From the IMG/VR virus record IMGVR_UViG_3300044809_000038, positions 1 through 58,968 of that record: a DNA stretch of 58,968 nucleotides. One strand, 5' to 3'. Below are positions 9,480 through 17,688 of this stretch, in pieces. A program made the position numbers and the translations under genes. Each line of letters starts with the position of its first letter. The stretch's first letter is position 1. The notes under the pieces were generated by a model. The model saw nothing but the letters and a program-made list of their open reading frames with translations, ran no database searches and had not been told where the DNA came from. This stretch comes from a virus (lineage: Duplodnaviria; Caudoviricetes).

Positions 9480-9899
9480 CTAGAGCTGCGTGGCCGTCCA
9501 CACGTGGCCGTCGTCCCCGCGAAGCAGCAGCCCCCGCTGGGTAGTACCGATGCACTCGAACAACGCGCCGACCGAGGCCGGCGTCACCCTGGTCTGCTCC
9601 TGCTTGGCTGCCTCCGCCCTGGCTGCGTACGCCCGGTCGGCGCGGCCGACGTCGCGTGCGGCACGAGCAGCCGCGTTCGTCTCGGTCGTAGTGAGCTTCG
9701 GGCCGCGGTAGATCCAGGCTCGACCCTGGCTGACGATCTCGATCTCCAGGCTGTCGGTGAGCTGCAACACCGTGCGCTGCATCGAACCGCGATTCACTCC
9801 TGAGAACCGCGTCAGCAACTCCTCAATGCTCACGACGGCGTCGCGCCTGCTGTCCAGGTACGCGGCGACGTCGCCGATGATCGTTACCCCTCGTGACAT
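9480..9899 (-). CDS. Possible winged-helix DNA-binding protein
   Basis: Helix pattern followed by VSQGRAWIYRG wing. Confidence 0.5.
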   Translation of the reverse strand: MSRGVTIIGDVAAYLDSRRDAVVSIEELLTRFSGVNRGSMQRTVLQLTDSLEIEIVSQGRAWIYRGPKLTTTETNAAARAARDVGRADRAYAARAEAAKQEQTRVTPASVGALFECIGTTQRGLLLRGDDGHVWTATQL

Positions 9900-10143
9900 T
9901 TTCAGTCCTTCCCTCAGTGGGTTGTCCCATCTCGCCGGCCGTGTGCCGGGAAGTCTTGTTGGCGACATGCCAGTAGCCGCAGCCGCCCTGGTGGAGACAC
10001 TCGTAGGTGACGAACTCGGCCTGCTCCATGCCGCGCAGTCGCTGGGCCATCTCGTCCATCCGGGTGATGCCGCGCGCCGCGTCGTCCCGCGACAGGTACT
10101 TGATCTTCCCTGGCGTCAGCTCGCACTGCGGTCGACGCTGCAC
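9823..10143 (-). CDS. Hypothetical protein with Cys/His motif
   Basis: GKIKYLSRDDA...YECLHQGGCGYWHV. Confidence 0.55.
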   Translation of the reverse strand: MQRRPQCELTPGKIKYLSRDDAARGITRMDEMAQRLRGMEQAEFVTYECLHQGGCGYWHVANKTSRHTAGEMGQPTEGRTENVTRGNDHRRRRRVPGQQARRRREH

Positions 10144-10145
10144 CG

Positions 10146-10484
10146 TCAGCCGTCCGCCGTCAGGCCGTTGGCCGTGCTTTCAAGGTCAGTCTTGGCGCCC
10201 TCCAAGGTCTCGGCCAGGTGGGCGCTCAGGTCCAGCGCGGTCGCCATGCGCTCCTCGATCTGGTCGATGAAGTCAGTAGCACGCGAGAACCATTCGCCGA
10301 GGTCGGCCTGCTGCTTGCCGCCGACCAGGCCGAGGTATCCACGTATCGCATCGACCCTGGCCCGAACCATCTCGATCTTGTCCAGGTGCAGGTCGGAGCG
10401 CACGCGTTGGGCCGTCCTCACCGCGTCCTGGCACAGCTCGGCCGCTGCCCTGAGGGCACTGGCAGCCTCGTCTGTGGCGCCCAC
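10146..10484 (-). CDS. WXG100-like helical-hairpin paralog (dispersed copy)
   Basis: MGATDEAASAL start shared with the 15.5-17.4 kb array. Confidence 0.55.
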   Translation of the reverse strand: MGATDEAASALRAAAELCQDAVRTAQRVRSDLHLDKIEMVRARVDAIRGYLGLVGGKQQADLGEWFSRATDFIDQIEERMATALDLSAHLAETLEGAKTDLESTANGLTADG

Positions 10485-10762
10485 TACAGCAGCCCTCCGT
10501 CGAGCTCGCTGGCCTGGGCGTGATTACAGATCCAGCCTTCTTCCGTCATGCGGACCATGTCGCCCTCCTCGAAGCGCTGGTGGCACTTCTTGCTGGAGCA
10601 GCGGCCGGCGAACCGCGCGGGCACCCAGCTCGGCGACGTGACGACTTCTGGCTCTGCTGGCTCGTCGAGCCAGCTCGGGTCGAGGTCGGGCAGCCCCTTG
10701 CACCATGAGCAGTCGCGCAGCACCATCTCGTGCTTACATCTCTCCTCGTCCACGGTGATCAC
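10484..10762 (-). CDS. Zn-binding hypothetical protein
   Basis: CKHEM...CSWC and ARFAGRCSSKKC...CNH. Confidence 0.6.
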   Translation of the reverse strand: MITVDEERCKHEMVLRDCSWCKGLPDLDPSWLDEPAEPEVVTSPSWVPARFAGRCSSKKCHQRFEEGDMVRMTEEGWICNHAQASELDGGLL

Positions 10763-10932
10763 GAGTTTCTCCTGTCGATGGCGCGATAGAGCTGGTAGGC
10801 GCCCACGCACACTCCGGTCAGGGCCATCAGTACGACAGCAGCCATGACGATCACCTCGGCGAGGCCGACGAAGATCATGACGCAGACGGTCCATAGCACG
10901 ATGCGCGCCGGGCCGATGTGATGGCAGTGCAC
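10759..10932 (-). CDS. 57-aa membrane protein
   Basis: Hand translation MHCHHIGPARIVLWTVCVMIFVGLAEVIVMAAVVLMALTGVCVGAYQLYRAIDRRNS; fills the gap between neighbours. Confidence 0.5.
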   Translation of the reverse strand: MHCHHIGPARIVLWTVCVMIFVGLAEVIVMAAVVLMALTGVCVGAYQLYRAIDRRNS

Positions 10933-11130
10933 TCAGACCACCCAGCCGAAGACCCACAAGACGGCGGTGAGCAGGTGGTTGAGCATGTTCAGCGCGAACC
11001 AGCCGGTCGTCCGGACGACGTACCAGACGTACGCGTCGGCTAGGTGGCCTGGCTCGGTGGCGGCGAAGAACAGCACGATCAGTGCGACGATGCTGATCGC
11101 CGCGGTGCGTCTGGTGGCCTGCTCGGTCAT
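10933..11130 (-). CDS. Small membrane protein
   Basis: Hydrophobic; first gene after a promoter, with the conserved leader motif. Confidence 0.6.
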   Translation of the reverse strand: MTEQATRRTAAISIVALIVLFFAATEPGHLADAYVWYVVRTTGWFALNMLNHLLTAVLWVFGWVV

Positions 11131-11166
11131 TGGGTTCTCCCGTGTCCGGTTGTTCCGTACAGCTCG

Positions 11167-11195
11167 ACTCTAGACCCCGAATCGGGGTGTGTCTA
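11167..11195 (-). promoter_or_regulatory. Promoter TAGACA-17-TAGAGT with palindromic spacer
   Basis: GACCCCgaatcGGGGTG at 11173-11189. Confidence 0.8.
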
Positions 11196-11690
11196 GCCTT
11201 CGCGCATGAGCCGGATCGACTCGTCGGCGTCGAGGTCGGCCGTGACTCGCCGGCGCAGGTCGGTCGTCGAGATCTCGCGCTGTCGGTTGACGTAGCACAG
11301 CTCTATGCCGTGCTCGTAGAGCCACGTCGGCGTGAACTGCATCTGCGCGTAGTAGTCGCGGCCCGTCTCGGGTGCCCAGTCCGAGCCGATGATCACCAGG
11401 TCCGGCTTCGCCTCCAGGATGGCCGGCTTGCTGTCGGCGCCGCTCACGTTGGGTATCACCTTGCTCACGTAGCGGATCGCCTGGAGCACCTCGGCGCGCT
11501 CCTCGTAGCTGCACACGGGGCGCCGACCCTTGAACTCTTCGACGAACTCGTCCGTGTTCAAGCCGACGATGACCTGGCCGTACGGGTGCCCGGCGGCGAT
11601 ATAGCACTGCCGCAGGAAGTCGACGTGGCCGGCGTGCAACAGGTCGAACGTGCCGCCGGTGTAGACGACGAACGATGTCCGCGGTCGCAT
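11193..11690 (-). CDS. Cytidylyltransferase (TagD/RfaE-like)
   Basis: YTGGTFDLLHAGH, IVGLNTDEF, IGSDW, ISTT motifs. Confidence 0.9.
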   Translation of the reverse strand: MRPRTSFVVYTGGTFDLLHAGHVDFLRQCYIAAGHPYGQVIVGLNTDEFVEEFKGRRPVCSYEERAEVLQAIRYVSKVIPNVSGADSKPAILEAKPDLVIIGSDWAPETGRDYYAQMQFTPTWLYEHGIELCYVNRQREISTTDLRRRVTADLDADESIRLMREG

Positions 11691-12412
11691 CACGCCACGC
11701 TCCGTTCCAACTCGCGCCGCAAAGCCGCGACGTCGTCCATCAACCGGGTCGCCTCGTACCGGTAAAAGATCGCCTGGTCGCCGTTCGGATCCTGCTGGCG
11801 GTAGGTGTCGTCCCACTCGCCCTTGTTGACCAGCGGATGCAGGTGCTCGATCACGACGTCGGCGCGATAGGTGAGGTTCGTCGACTCGCCCCAGAGTTTC
11901 CACACGTTGTCGACGTACAGGTGGCCGAGCTCGGGCGGTGCGATGTAGCCCAGCGCGCCGAACACGGTCGAGGTCATCATGCAGGAGGTGGGGATGGACG
12001 CTCCGTGCACGAGGTCGTTGCCGTAGGCGAAGCTGACCGGCCGCTCCCTCAATTCGCCCCAGAGCCGCCAATCCCAGGCTTCGGCACGGGGCACGTGGTC
12101 ATCGCCCAAAACAGCCAGAGCGAAGGACTCAGGGGCCGCTAAGGCCGCCATGCGGTTGAGCGGATAGACAAAACCGCGGTGCACGACGGGGGCCGGCATG
12201 ATCATCAGCCGAACGTCGAGATTGGCGTAGCCGCCCATCTGATTCACTACCCAGCGGTAGCCGCCCATGTCGTCGACCATCGGATCGTCGTCACACACGC
12301 CCACCAGCAGCTGCACGTCCTTCAGGGCACAGGTGCTGTGACATGCCTCGATCAGTCGGGCCAGGCCGCGCGGCCGGCCGCGCGTCGGCACCAGGATCGT
12401 CAGCTCTCTCAT
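11690..12412 (-). CDS. GT-A (family 2-like) glycosyltransferase
   Basis: ILVPTRGRP, LGDDH, HLYVDN, IEHLHP. Confidence 0.85.
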   Translation of the reverse strand: MRELTILVPTRGRPRGLARLIEACHSTCALKDVQLLVGVCDDDPMVDDMGGYRWVVNQMGGYANLDVRLMIMPAPVVHRGFVYPLNRMAALAAPESFALAVLGDDHVPRAEAWDWRLWGELRERPVSFAYGNDLVHGASIPTSCMMTSTVFGALGYIAPPELGHLYVDNVWKLWGESTNLTYRADVVIEHLHPLVNKGEWDDTYRQQDPNGDQAIFYRYEATRLMDDVAALRRELERSVA

Positions 12413-12522
12413 CAGAAGACTCCGTTCTCGCCGACGCCCCAGCAGTCCACTGCCAGGAACAGCACCGCCAGTAGCCAGGCGCCGAGCAGACAGAGTTTCG
12501 GCTGGCGCAACAGGATCGTCAC
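12412..12522 (-). CDS. 36-aa membrane microprotein
   Basis: MTILLRQPKLCLLGAWLLAVLFLAVDCWGVGENGVF; coupled at both ends. Confidence 0.45.
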   Translation of the reverse strand: MTILLRQPKLCLLGAWLLAVLFLAVDCWGVGENGVF

Positions 12523-13511
12523 CGGTCCACCAGCGTCCAGTGCGACCAGGCCAGCATGATCACGTCAGCCAGGGGCGACACGTACGACAGCTGGATGTCG
12601 TGGCCGCTCGATACCAGCACGGTCGTCAGGTGCGTGTGGAAGTAGGGCGCCTCCGACGCGCGGAACGTCGCCTGGCTGGCGCAGTTGTCGACGTCGGCTC
12701 CGCAGTAGTGATCGTCCGTGTTGCCGTCCATCAGCAGCACCGGTACCCGGATCTTGATGGACAGGGCGCCCTGGTCGGTCGGCCGGGTCTGCGCCTCACC
12801 CAGGGCCAGCGTGTCCTCCGTGGCCTCGTCGTAGGCGATGACGCGCGGATCAGCCTTCGTCGGGTCGTACACCAGCGCGGCGCGCGTGCCGGGCCTCGAC
12901 GTCAGGTAGCCGGCGTCGAGGCCGGCGAAGCGCTCCAGGTTGCTGGCTGGGTACGTCGTGGCCTTGCTGACGGCGTTGATGACCGAGGTCGTGGTGTGAC
13001 CTGAGCCGGTCAGGATCACCGCATCGGCGTCGTGCGGGTGGGCGGCCAGGTCGCCCTCGACGTACAGCGACCCGTAGCTGTGACCGACGAGCTCGACCGG
13101 ACCGGCGTGCAGCCGGCGAGCCTGCTGGATCACCTGGTGCAGCGCGTCGACCTGCACGGCGTAGGTGTCGTTCGCTGCCAGCTTCGGCCGGAACGAGGCG
13201 CCGTCGCCGATGCGATCGAGGTTCAGCGTGGCGTAGCCGGCTGCGTTCGCCTTGTCGACGTAGGAGTAGGCGCCGCCGAACTGCCGCCAATCCCAGTAGT
13301 CGTGGTTGTAGGTGCCGCCGTGCACCAGGACCTGCAACACCCGATTGGCGCGGCGGGGCACGCAGTACTGCGCCGACACCGCGCCCTGCGTTGTGCCGAG
13401 GCGCACTGTCGAGCAGCTGCGGCCATGGTCGGCTGCCTGGGCGACGGGACCGGCCAGCGGCAGTAGCGCCACCGCCAGCGCGACCGTCAGTAGCTTCTGT
13501 CGGATCTTCAT
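12519..13511 (-). CDS. Secreted alpha/beta hydrolase
   Basis: Signal peptide, LVHGGTY, GHSYG nucleophile elbow, C-terminal GH. Confidence 0.85.
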   Translation of the reverse strand: MKIRQKLLTVALAVALLPLAGPVAQAADHGRSCSTVRLGTTQGAVSAQYCVPRRANRVLQVLVHGGTYNHDYWDWRQFGGAYSYVDKANAAGYATLNLDRIGDGASFRPKLAANDTYAVQVDALHQVIQQARRLHAGPVELVGHSYGSLYVEGDLAAHPHDADAVILTGSGHTTTSVINAVSKATTYPASNLERFAGLDAGYLTSRPGTRAALVYDPTKADPRVIAYDEATEDTLALGEAQTRPTDQGALSIKIRVPVLLMDGNTDDHYCGADVDNCASQATFRASEAPYFHTHLTTVLVSSGHDIQLSYVSPLADVIMLAWSHWTLVDR

Positions 13512-13894
13512 CCAGCTCTCCTTGAGGCCTCGGCCCAGGTCTCGATCCGGTAGGACGGCGCGACCAGGAATGGCTTCAGGTCGGCCGGGCAGGTGATCAG
13601 GTGTGACGCGCGGCGGACCCGGACGGCGCGCACGATCCGGAGGGCGTGCTCGTCGGTGAAGCCATCGGCCAGCACCGTGACCCCGTTGGGCCACTGGTGG
13701 AAGTGTTGCGCCGGCTCGCTCAGCGCACCCAGGATGATCTTCTCGGGCCGAGCCGGAATGTAGATCTTCGGCTCGGCGCTGCCGTAGCGACGCCGGTTGA
13801 CCCGTGCCCGGTACCACCCTGGCGGCCTGATCGCGAACAGGTAGCCGGCCACGACAGTGGCGAGCGCCAGCACAATCTGGACAAGGTCACTCAT
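13508..13894 (-). CDS. Membrane-anchored hypothetical protein
   Basis: N-terminal TM; coupled to neighbours. Confidence 0.55.
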   Translation of the reverse strand: MSDLVQIVLALATVVAGYLFAIRPPGWYRARVNRRRYGSAEPKIYIPARPEKIILGALSEPAQHFHQWPNGVTVLADGFTDEHALRIVRAVRVRRASHLITCPADLKPFLVAPSYRIETWAEASRRAG

Positions 13895-14106
13895 ATCCGG
13901 CTTCCTCTCTTCGGCATCGGCGTGCCCAGGAGCAGCAGCGCACCCAGGTCGGGCGCAGCAATCTTCAAGTAGGCATCCAGGGCCTGGGCCACGACGAACG
14001 CGCCGGCCGCGGTCTGTGCAGCGCCCACGAAGATGTCCTGATCGCCCTCGTCCGGCTCGATGTAGACGGCACAGCTGTTCTTCGTGCCGGTCCTGCCACG
14101 GCTCAT
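13891..14106 (-). CDS. Hypothetical protein
   Basis: Tightly packed between neighbours. Confidence 0.5.
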   Translation of the reverse strand: MSRGRTGTKNSCAVYIEPDEGDQDIFVGAAQTAAGAFVVAQALDAYLKIAAPDLGALLLLGTPMPKRGSRI

Positions 14107-14111
14107 GTCGA

Positions 14112-14714
14112 CTACCACCTGTCCGGTTGGCCTGATGTGTTCGCGCCGTGGTGATACCAGAGCCACGAGCGATCGGGACGGTGCACGATCTTGGCGCCGA
14201 GCTCGATACAGCGCAAGGTGAAGATCCAGTCCTCGCCGCCGGACAGGCCGGCCTCGGGCGTGTCCGGCGTAGCGGCCGGCCACGCGAAGCCAGCTTCCTT
14301 CGCCAGCTCTGTCCGGACCAGCGTGACGATCGTCGTCTGGTGCGGACTGGCCGGGTCGAACGTCTTACCGAAGTGGCCGAGCGGATCGGAGCCGAGCGGT
14401 GAGCCATCGGCATCGACCACGACGTAGTAGCTGTAGACGTAGTCGGCGCCGGTCGCCTCGGCCGTCTCGGCCAGGCCCTCCAGGTGCCAGGGCATCATCG
14501 CGTCGTCGTCGTCGAGAAAGGCCGTCCAGGGCGTCGAGGAGTGCGACAAGGCGAGTCCGCGGTTGATGGCCGCGCCTTCGTGCTCCTGGTCCATACGGAC
14601 GGACAGGGCCCCAGGACAGAGCACCTGAGACCGCACCGACTCGACGGCGCGCTGGAGCATGGCTTCGCGGGTCGGAATCGTCGGAATGACCACCGTGATG
14701 TCCTGGCCCCTCAT
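14112..14714 (-). CDS. Glycosyltransferase family 2
   Basis: VVIPT, AFLDDDD, GEDW motifs. Confidence 0.9.
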   Translation of the reverse strand: MRGQDITVVIPTIPTREAMLQRAVESVRSQVLCPGALSVRMDQEHEGAAINRGLALSHSSTPWTAFLDDDDAMMPWHLEGLAETAEATGADYVYSYYVVVDADGSPLGSDPLGHFGKTFDPASPHQTTIVTLVRTELAKEAGFAWPAATPDTPEAGLSGGEDWIFTLRCIELGAKIVHRPDRSWLWYHHGANTSGQPDRW

Positions 14715-15085
14715 TCTCGACCGCCCTTCACGTCACCGATGATCGCTACGAGTCGATCGTTCATCTGGTCGGCGCTGGAGCGCGTGCCGACATTGATCAT
14801 GAGGGCGTTCTCCAGGCGCCGCACCAGTGCGGCCTGGTCACTGGGCAGCGCGGGCGGCACCGCCTCATAGAAACCCAGCTCGTCGAGCTTCACCGTCCAG
14901 CCGCCACGCCGGTTGCCGTCGGCCAGCACCTCGTCGGCGAGCTGGCACGCGGACGTCCTATCGCCGTTGCGGAGCCACTCCATCGTGAGGTACCGCAGCG
15001 CACCAACCACCATGGCCGGGTACATCGCCTCGGCCAACACTGCGGCCTGCTCGATCTTCAGTTGCTCATCCCTCAGGTCGGGCAT
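14711..15085 (-). CDS. Hypothetical protein
   Basis: RBS AAGGGG; coupled to the GT2 gene. Confidence 0.55.
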   Translation of the reverse strand: MPDLRDEQLKIEQAAVLAEAMYPAMVVGALRYLTMEWLRNGDRTSACQLADEVLADGNRRGGWTVKLDELGFYEAVPPALPSDQAALVRRLENALMINVGTRSSADQMNDRLVAIIGDVKGGRE

Positions 15086-15518
15086 CGCCGGTCCCCTTCG
15101 TTCCGGGCCACGGGCCGTCGAGCTCGTGGCGGACATGATCGTCGATGCGGGCCCGCCACAGTCCGGGCCAACCCTGCGGCTCGTCGGGGAGAGCGGACCC
15201 GGTGAGCCCCAGCTGCTCCAAGAGGCGTGCCGGGTCGATCGGCGCCTGCTCGACGGCCGTAGCCAGCGCGGCACGCGTCTGCTCGACCTCCGAGCGGTAC
15301 CGATTCAGCATGGCGTTGATCAGCGTCTGGGCGTGCGCACGCTCCATGCCGAGCTCCTCGACGGCTTCGTCCAGGCCGATGAACCACTTCACCCAGCACT
15401 CGACCCAATAGCGGAACAGGGATGTCTTGTTGAACTTGTCGCGGTCCTCGTCGCTGGACAGGATCGCTCGCATCACGGCGTCGCGAATCTCGATCGCCCG
15501 ATCCATTCGACCGCTCAT
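15066..15518 (-). CDS. Hypothetical protein
   Basis: ATGA overlap with the upstream gene. Confidence 0.55.
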   Translation of the reverse strand: MSGRMDRAIEIRDAVMRAILSSDEDRDKFNKTSLFRYWVECWVKWFIGLDEAVEELGMERAHAQTLINAMLNRYRSEVEQTRAALATAVEQAPIDPARLLEQLGLTGSALPDEPQGWPGLWRARIDDHVRHELDGPWPGTKGTGDARPEG

Positions 15519-15766
15519 GAGCCGGCCAGGCGTCGCGCTGCCTGCTCCAGGTCGGAGCCGAGCTGGAGCATCAGCGAAATCAGCCCTTCGAGCTCGCGCA
15601 TCGCCTCGCCGAATCGGCTGCCGAACTGCCGAAGGTACTCGTCGCCGGCCGCATCGACGAAGGTCACGCCCGACGACAGAGCCTCCCTGACGATCTGGAG
15701 CGGGTTCGTGTCGCACGTGTCGCTCGCGGCGGCCAGCGCCACCGCGGCCTCCTCCATGCTGCCCAT
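15515..15766 (-). CDS. WXG100-like helical-hairpin paralog
   Basis: MGSMEEAAVAL...AAGDEYLRQFG...LEQAARRL. Confidence 0.6.
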   Translation of the reverse strand: MGSMEEAAVALAAASDTCDTNPLQIVREALSSGVTFVDAAGDEYLRQFGSRFGEAMRELEGLISLMLQLGSDLEQAARRLAGS

Positions 15767-16278
15767 CAGTCGGTCCTCTCGTCTCGTCCACTGAACTGCT
15801 TGTTGACGTGCCGCACGAGCTCCATCCAGCGGGCCCGAGTAAGCAGCACGCTCGACTCTTCCGGCACCTCGCCGACGAGGGCCGTCAGGACGATCTCGAC
15901 CACGGCCCGATCGGTGGCCGAGCCGCGCTCGTGCACTGCGGCCTTGATGCTGGTCCTGGCGCCGTCGTAGCTCCAACCGAACCATCCGCCATCCGTGATG
16001 GCTGCCGCCGCGGGATCGGTACCGCTCCTGGCTGGCTCGCTGCGCCCAGCGCGCTCCCCGGCCACGAGCTTTGCGGCCAGGTTGTCGTAGACATCCTGCA
16101 CAGCCTGCGTGATGATCATCTTGGCGATCAGCACCTGGCCCGCCTGGCCGGCCTTGCCCTCGTCGGCCAGGTCGCCGGCCTGGAGCTCCAGTGTCGACAG
16201 CGCCTCGGCGATCGGCTTCAGCAGCTCGCGTTCACGGTGTAGGTCGGCCAGCGCGGCCGTCTCGTCGTAGTCCGTCAT
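15766..16278 (-). CDS. Hypothetical protein embedded in the paralog array
   Basis: Coupled at both ends; helical N-half. Confidence 0.6.
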   Translation of the reverse strand: MTDYDETAALADLHRERELLKPIAEALSTLELQAGDLADEGKAGQAGQVLIAKMIITQAVQDVYDNLAAKLVAGERAGRSEPARSGTDPAAAAITDGGWFGWSYDGARTSIKAAVHERGSATDRAVVEIVLTALVGEVPEESSVLLTRARWMELVRHVNKQFSGRDERTD

Positions 16279-16541
16279 CGGCCCATCCCTCCGCCTTGCA
16301 GCAGCTGGGCGGAGGCCTCGTCGAGCTCGGCTCGCACCGCCCCCATCTCGGCCTGCACCTCGTCCAGGTTCTCGATGAAGCGCTCAATCTTCGAAGCCCA
16401 GTTGGTGTACGCGGCGTCGCCGACGACAGGCAACAGCCGTAGTGCCTCCCGCAGATCACTACCGACGGCCTGGAGCGCGTCGTCGCGAACGAGTGCGCCG
16501 ATGGTGCCCAGCAGCGCGCCTGCGTCTTCCCAATGTCCCAC
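16275..16541 (-). CDS. WXG100-like helical-hairpin paralog
   Basis: MGHWEDAGALL...VVGDAAYTNWA...LDEASAQL. Confidence 0.6.
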   Translation of the reverse strand: MGHWEDAGALLGTIGALVRDDALQAVGSDLREALRLLPVVGDAAYTNWASKIERFIENLDEVQAEMGAVRAELDEASAQLLQGGGMGR

Positions 16542-16560
16542 TTTTGTCTCCTGGTGACGG

Positions 16561-16597
16561 GCGCTCCAGCGGTCCCGATCCTGTACCGCTGGAGCGC
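16561..16597. terminator. 13-bp hairpin in leader/intergenic region
   Basis: gcgctccagcggt...accgctggagcgc. Confidence 0.5.
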
Positions 16598-16602
16598 GCC
16601 TG

Positions 16603-16631
16603 ACTTTACACCCTTGCTAGGGGTGCGATTA
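16603..16631 (-). promoter_or_regulatory. Promoter (-10 TAAAGT, weak -35) with palindromic spacer
   Basis: CACCCTtgctaGGGGTG at 16609-16625. Confidence 0.65.
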
Positions 16632-16901
16632 GACGGAGCCGCTCAAGCTGCCGCCGGCCGCGATGACTTCGCCCGCCTGCTGGAATGCCTCCTGGCTGGA
16701 CAAGATGATGGCCTGGAGCTCCTCCGCCGCTGCCTGGATCTGCTGGAGCCTGGGCGCGCACTGCTGTGCGACGATCTCGCCGGCCTGGGACATGTACCCG
16801 TTGCAGGCCTCGACCTGCCGCAGCACCTCCTGGCACGGCGCGGCGTTCAGCTCCTGGCTGGCGGCGATGATGGCGTTGGCGGCGTCTTCGATGTGACCCA
16901 T
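16629..16901 (-). CDS. WXG100-like helical-hairpin paralog
   Basis: MGHIEDAANAI...QAGEIVAQQCA...FQQAGEVI. Confidence 0.6.
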   Translation of the reverse strand: MGHIEDAANAIIAASQELNAAPCQEVLRQVEACNGYMSQAGEIVAQQCAPRLQQIQAAAEELQAIILSSQEAFQQAGEVIAAGGSLSGSV

Positions 16902-16905
16902 TTGC

Positions 16906-17175
16906 TCACTCTCCTGATATCGACATGCCCGCGCGCACGCGGTGCGATGCCGTTCGTAGTTGATCGTTCAGGTTGTAGATCAGCGGCAGCATCTGGTCGG
17001 TCAGCGCGACGATCTGCTGGAGGTCTTCGTTGAAGGCGTCGACCGCCGGCTGGCCGAGCAGAATGAGCGCGTCGTACACGGCGCCCAGGTCCTGTTTCTG
17101 GGCGTAGATGTGGCCGTTGTGCAGGATGCCTGACGTGCGCATCAGCAGGTCGGCAGCGTCGTCGAGCGCGCCCAT
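16906..17175 (-). CDS. WXG100-like helical-hairpin paralog
   Basis: MGALDDAADLL...LGQPAVDAFN...LRTASHRV. Confidence 0.6.
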   Translation of the reverse strand: MGALDDAADLLMRTSGILHNGHIYAQKQDLGAVYDALILLGQPAVDAFNEDLQQIVALTDQMLPLIYNLNDQLRTASHRVRAGMSISGE

Positions 17176-17432
17176 CAGGTCCCCCTTGAGGTGAGCTTGG
17201 CGACCTCGTCCAGCATTTCCTGGTAGGCCTGCCGCAGCATTTCGGCGTGCTGTTTGAGCGTCATCGCCGAGTGGCCGACACCGATGCCCCAGTGGCGCGA
17301 ATAGGCCTCACCGGCGACGTCGATGAACTGCTGAGCCGTTTCCAGCTCGTCGGCGATTCGGGCTATCACCTCGGGCTGCATCAGGTTGCCGGCCCGCACC
17401 AGCATCTGGGCGGCCTCGTCCGTACTACCCAT
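17175..17432 (-). CDS. WXG100-like helical-hairpin paralog
   Basis: MGSTDEAAQML...VAGEAYSRHWG...MLDEVAKL. Confidence 0.6.
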   Translation of the reverse strand: MGSTDEAAQMLVRAGNLMQPEVIARIADELETAQQFIDVAGEAYSRHWGIGVGHSAMTLKQHAEMLRQAYQEMLDEVAKLTSRGT

Positions 17433-17462
17433 TACGGGCCCCTCTCTCGGCTGTCTCGCACG

Positions 17463-17551
17463 GGGGGACGCCAGGATTCGAACCTGGAACCTCGGTCGCA
17501 CCGGTTGCCCGGCGGGCCCTGCCGCGCTCTGCCGCTTTGAGCTACGTCCCC
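17463..17551 (-). ncRNA. tRNA-like RNA B (89 nt), anticodon arm replaced by an extended GCAA-capped hairpin
   Basis: GGGGACG/CGTCCCC acceptor, GCTC/GAGC D stem, AGGTT variable loop, CCAGG-TTCGAAT-CCTGG T arm; 32-nt central arm. Confidence 0.8.
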
Positions 17552-17688
17552 AGGTGGCCGTCCCCGCCCGAGTTCGGGAGACGGCCCGTGAGCCTTGTCG
17601 CCGTCGCTCCATCCTGTCCCGGCGACCGAAGTCTGTAGGCGCTGCGGAAGGCGTGCGGGCAACCGTGCACGGGTGGCTCTGTGTTGCG

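Noticed and set aside
15515-17432. ESX-secreted polymorphic toxin-immunity cassette
   Set aside because: No large toxin ORF or immunity gene nearby; WxG and YxxxD/E motifs are absent
17552-17688. tRNA-associated HDV-like (theta) or hammerhead ribozyme
   Set aside because: CGC-CTTCCGCA-GCG resembles P3/L3, but I found no matching P1 pairing and no hammerhead core; not excluded without a covariance search
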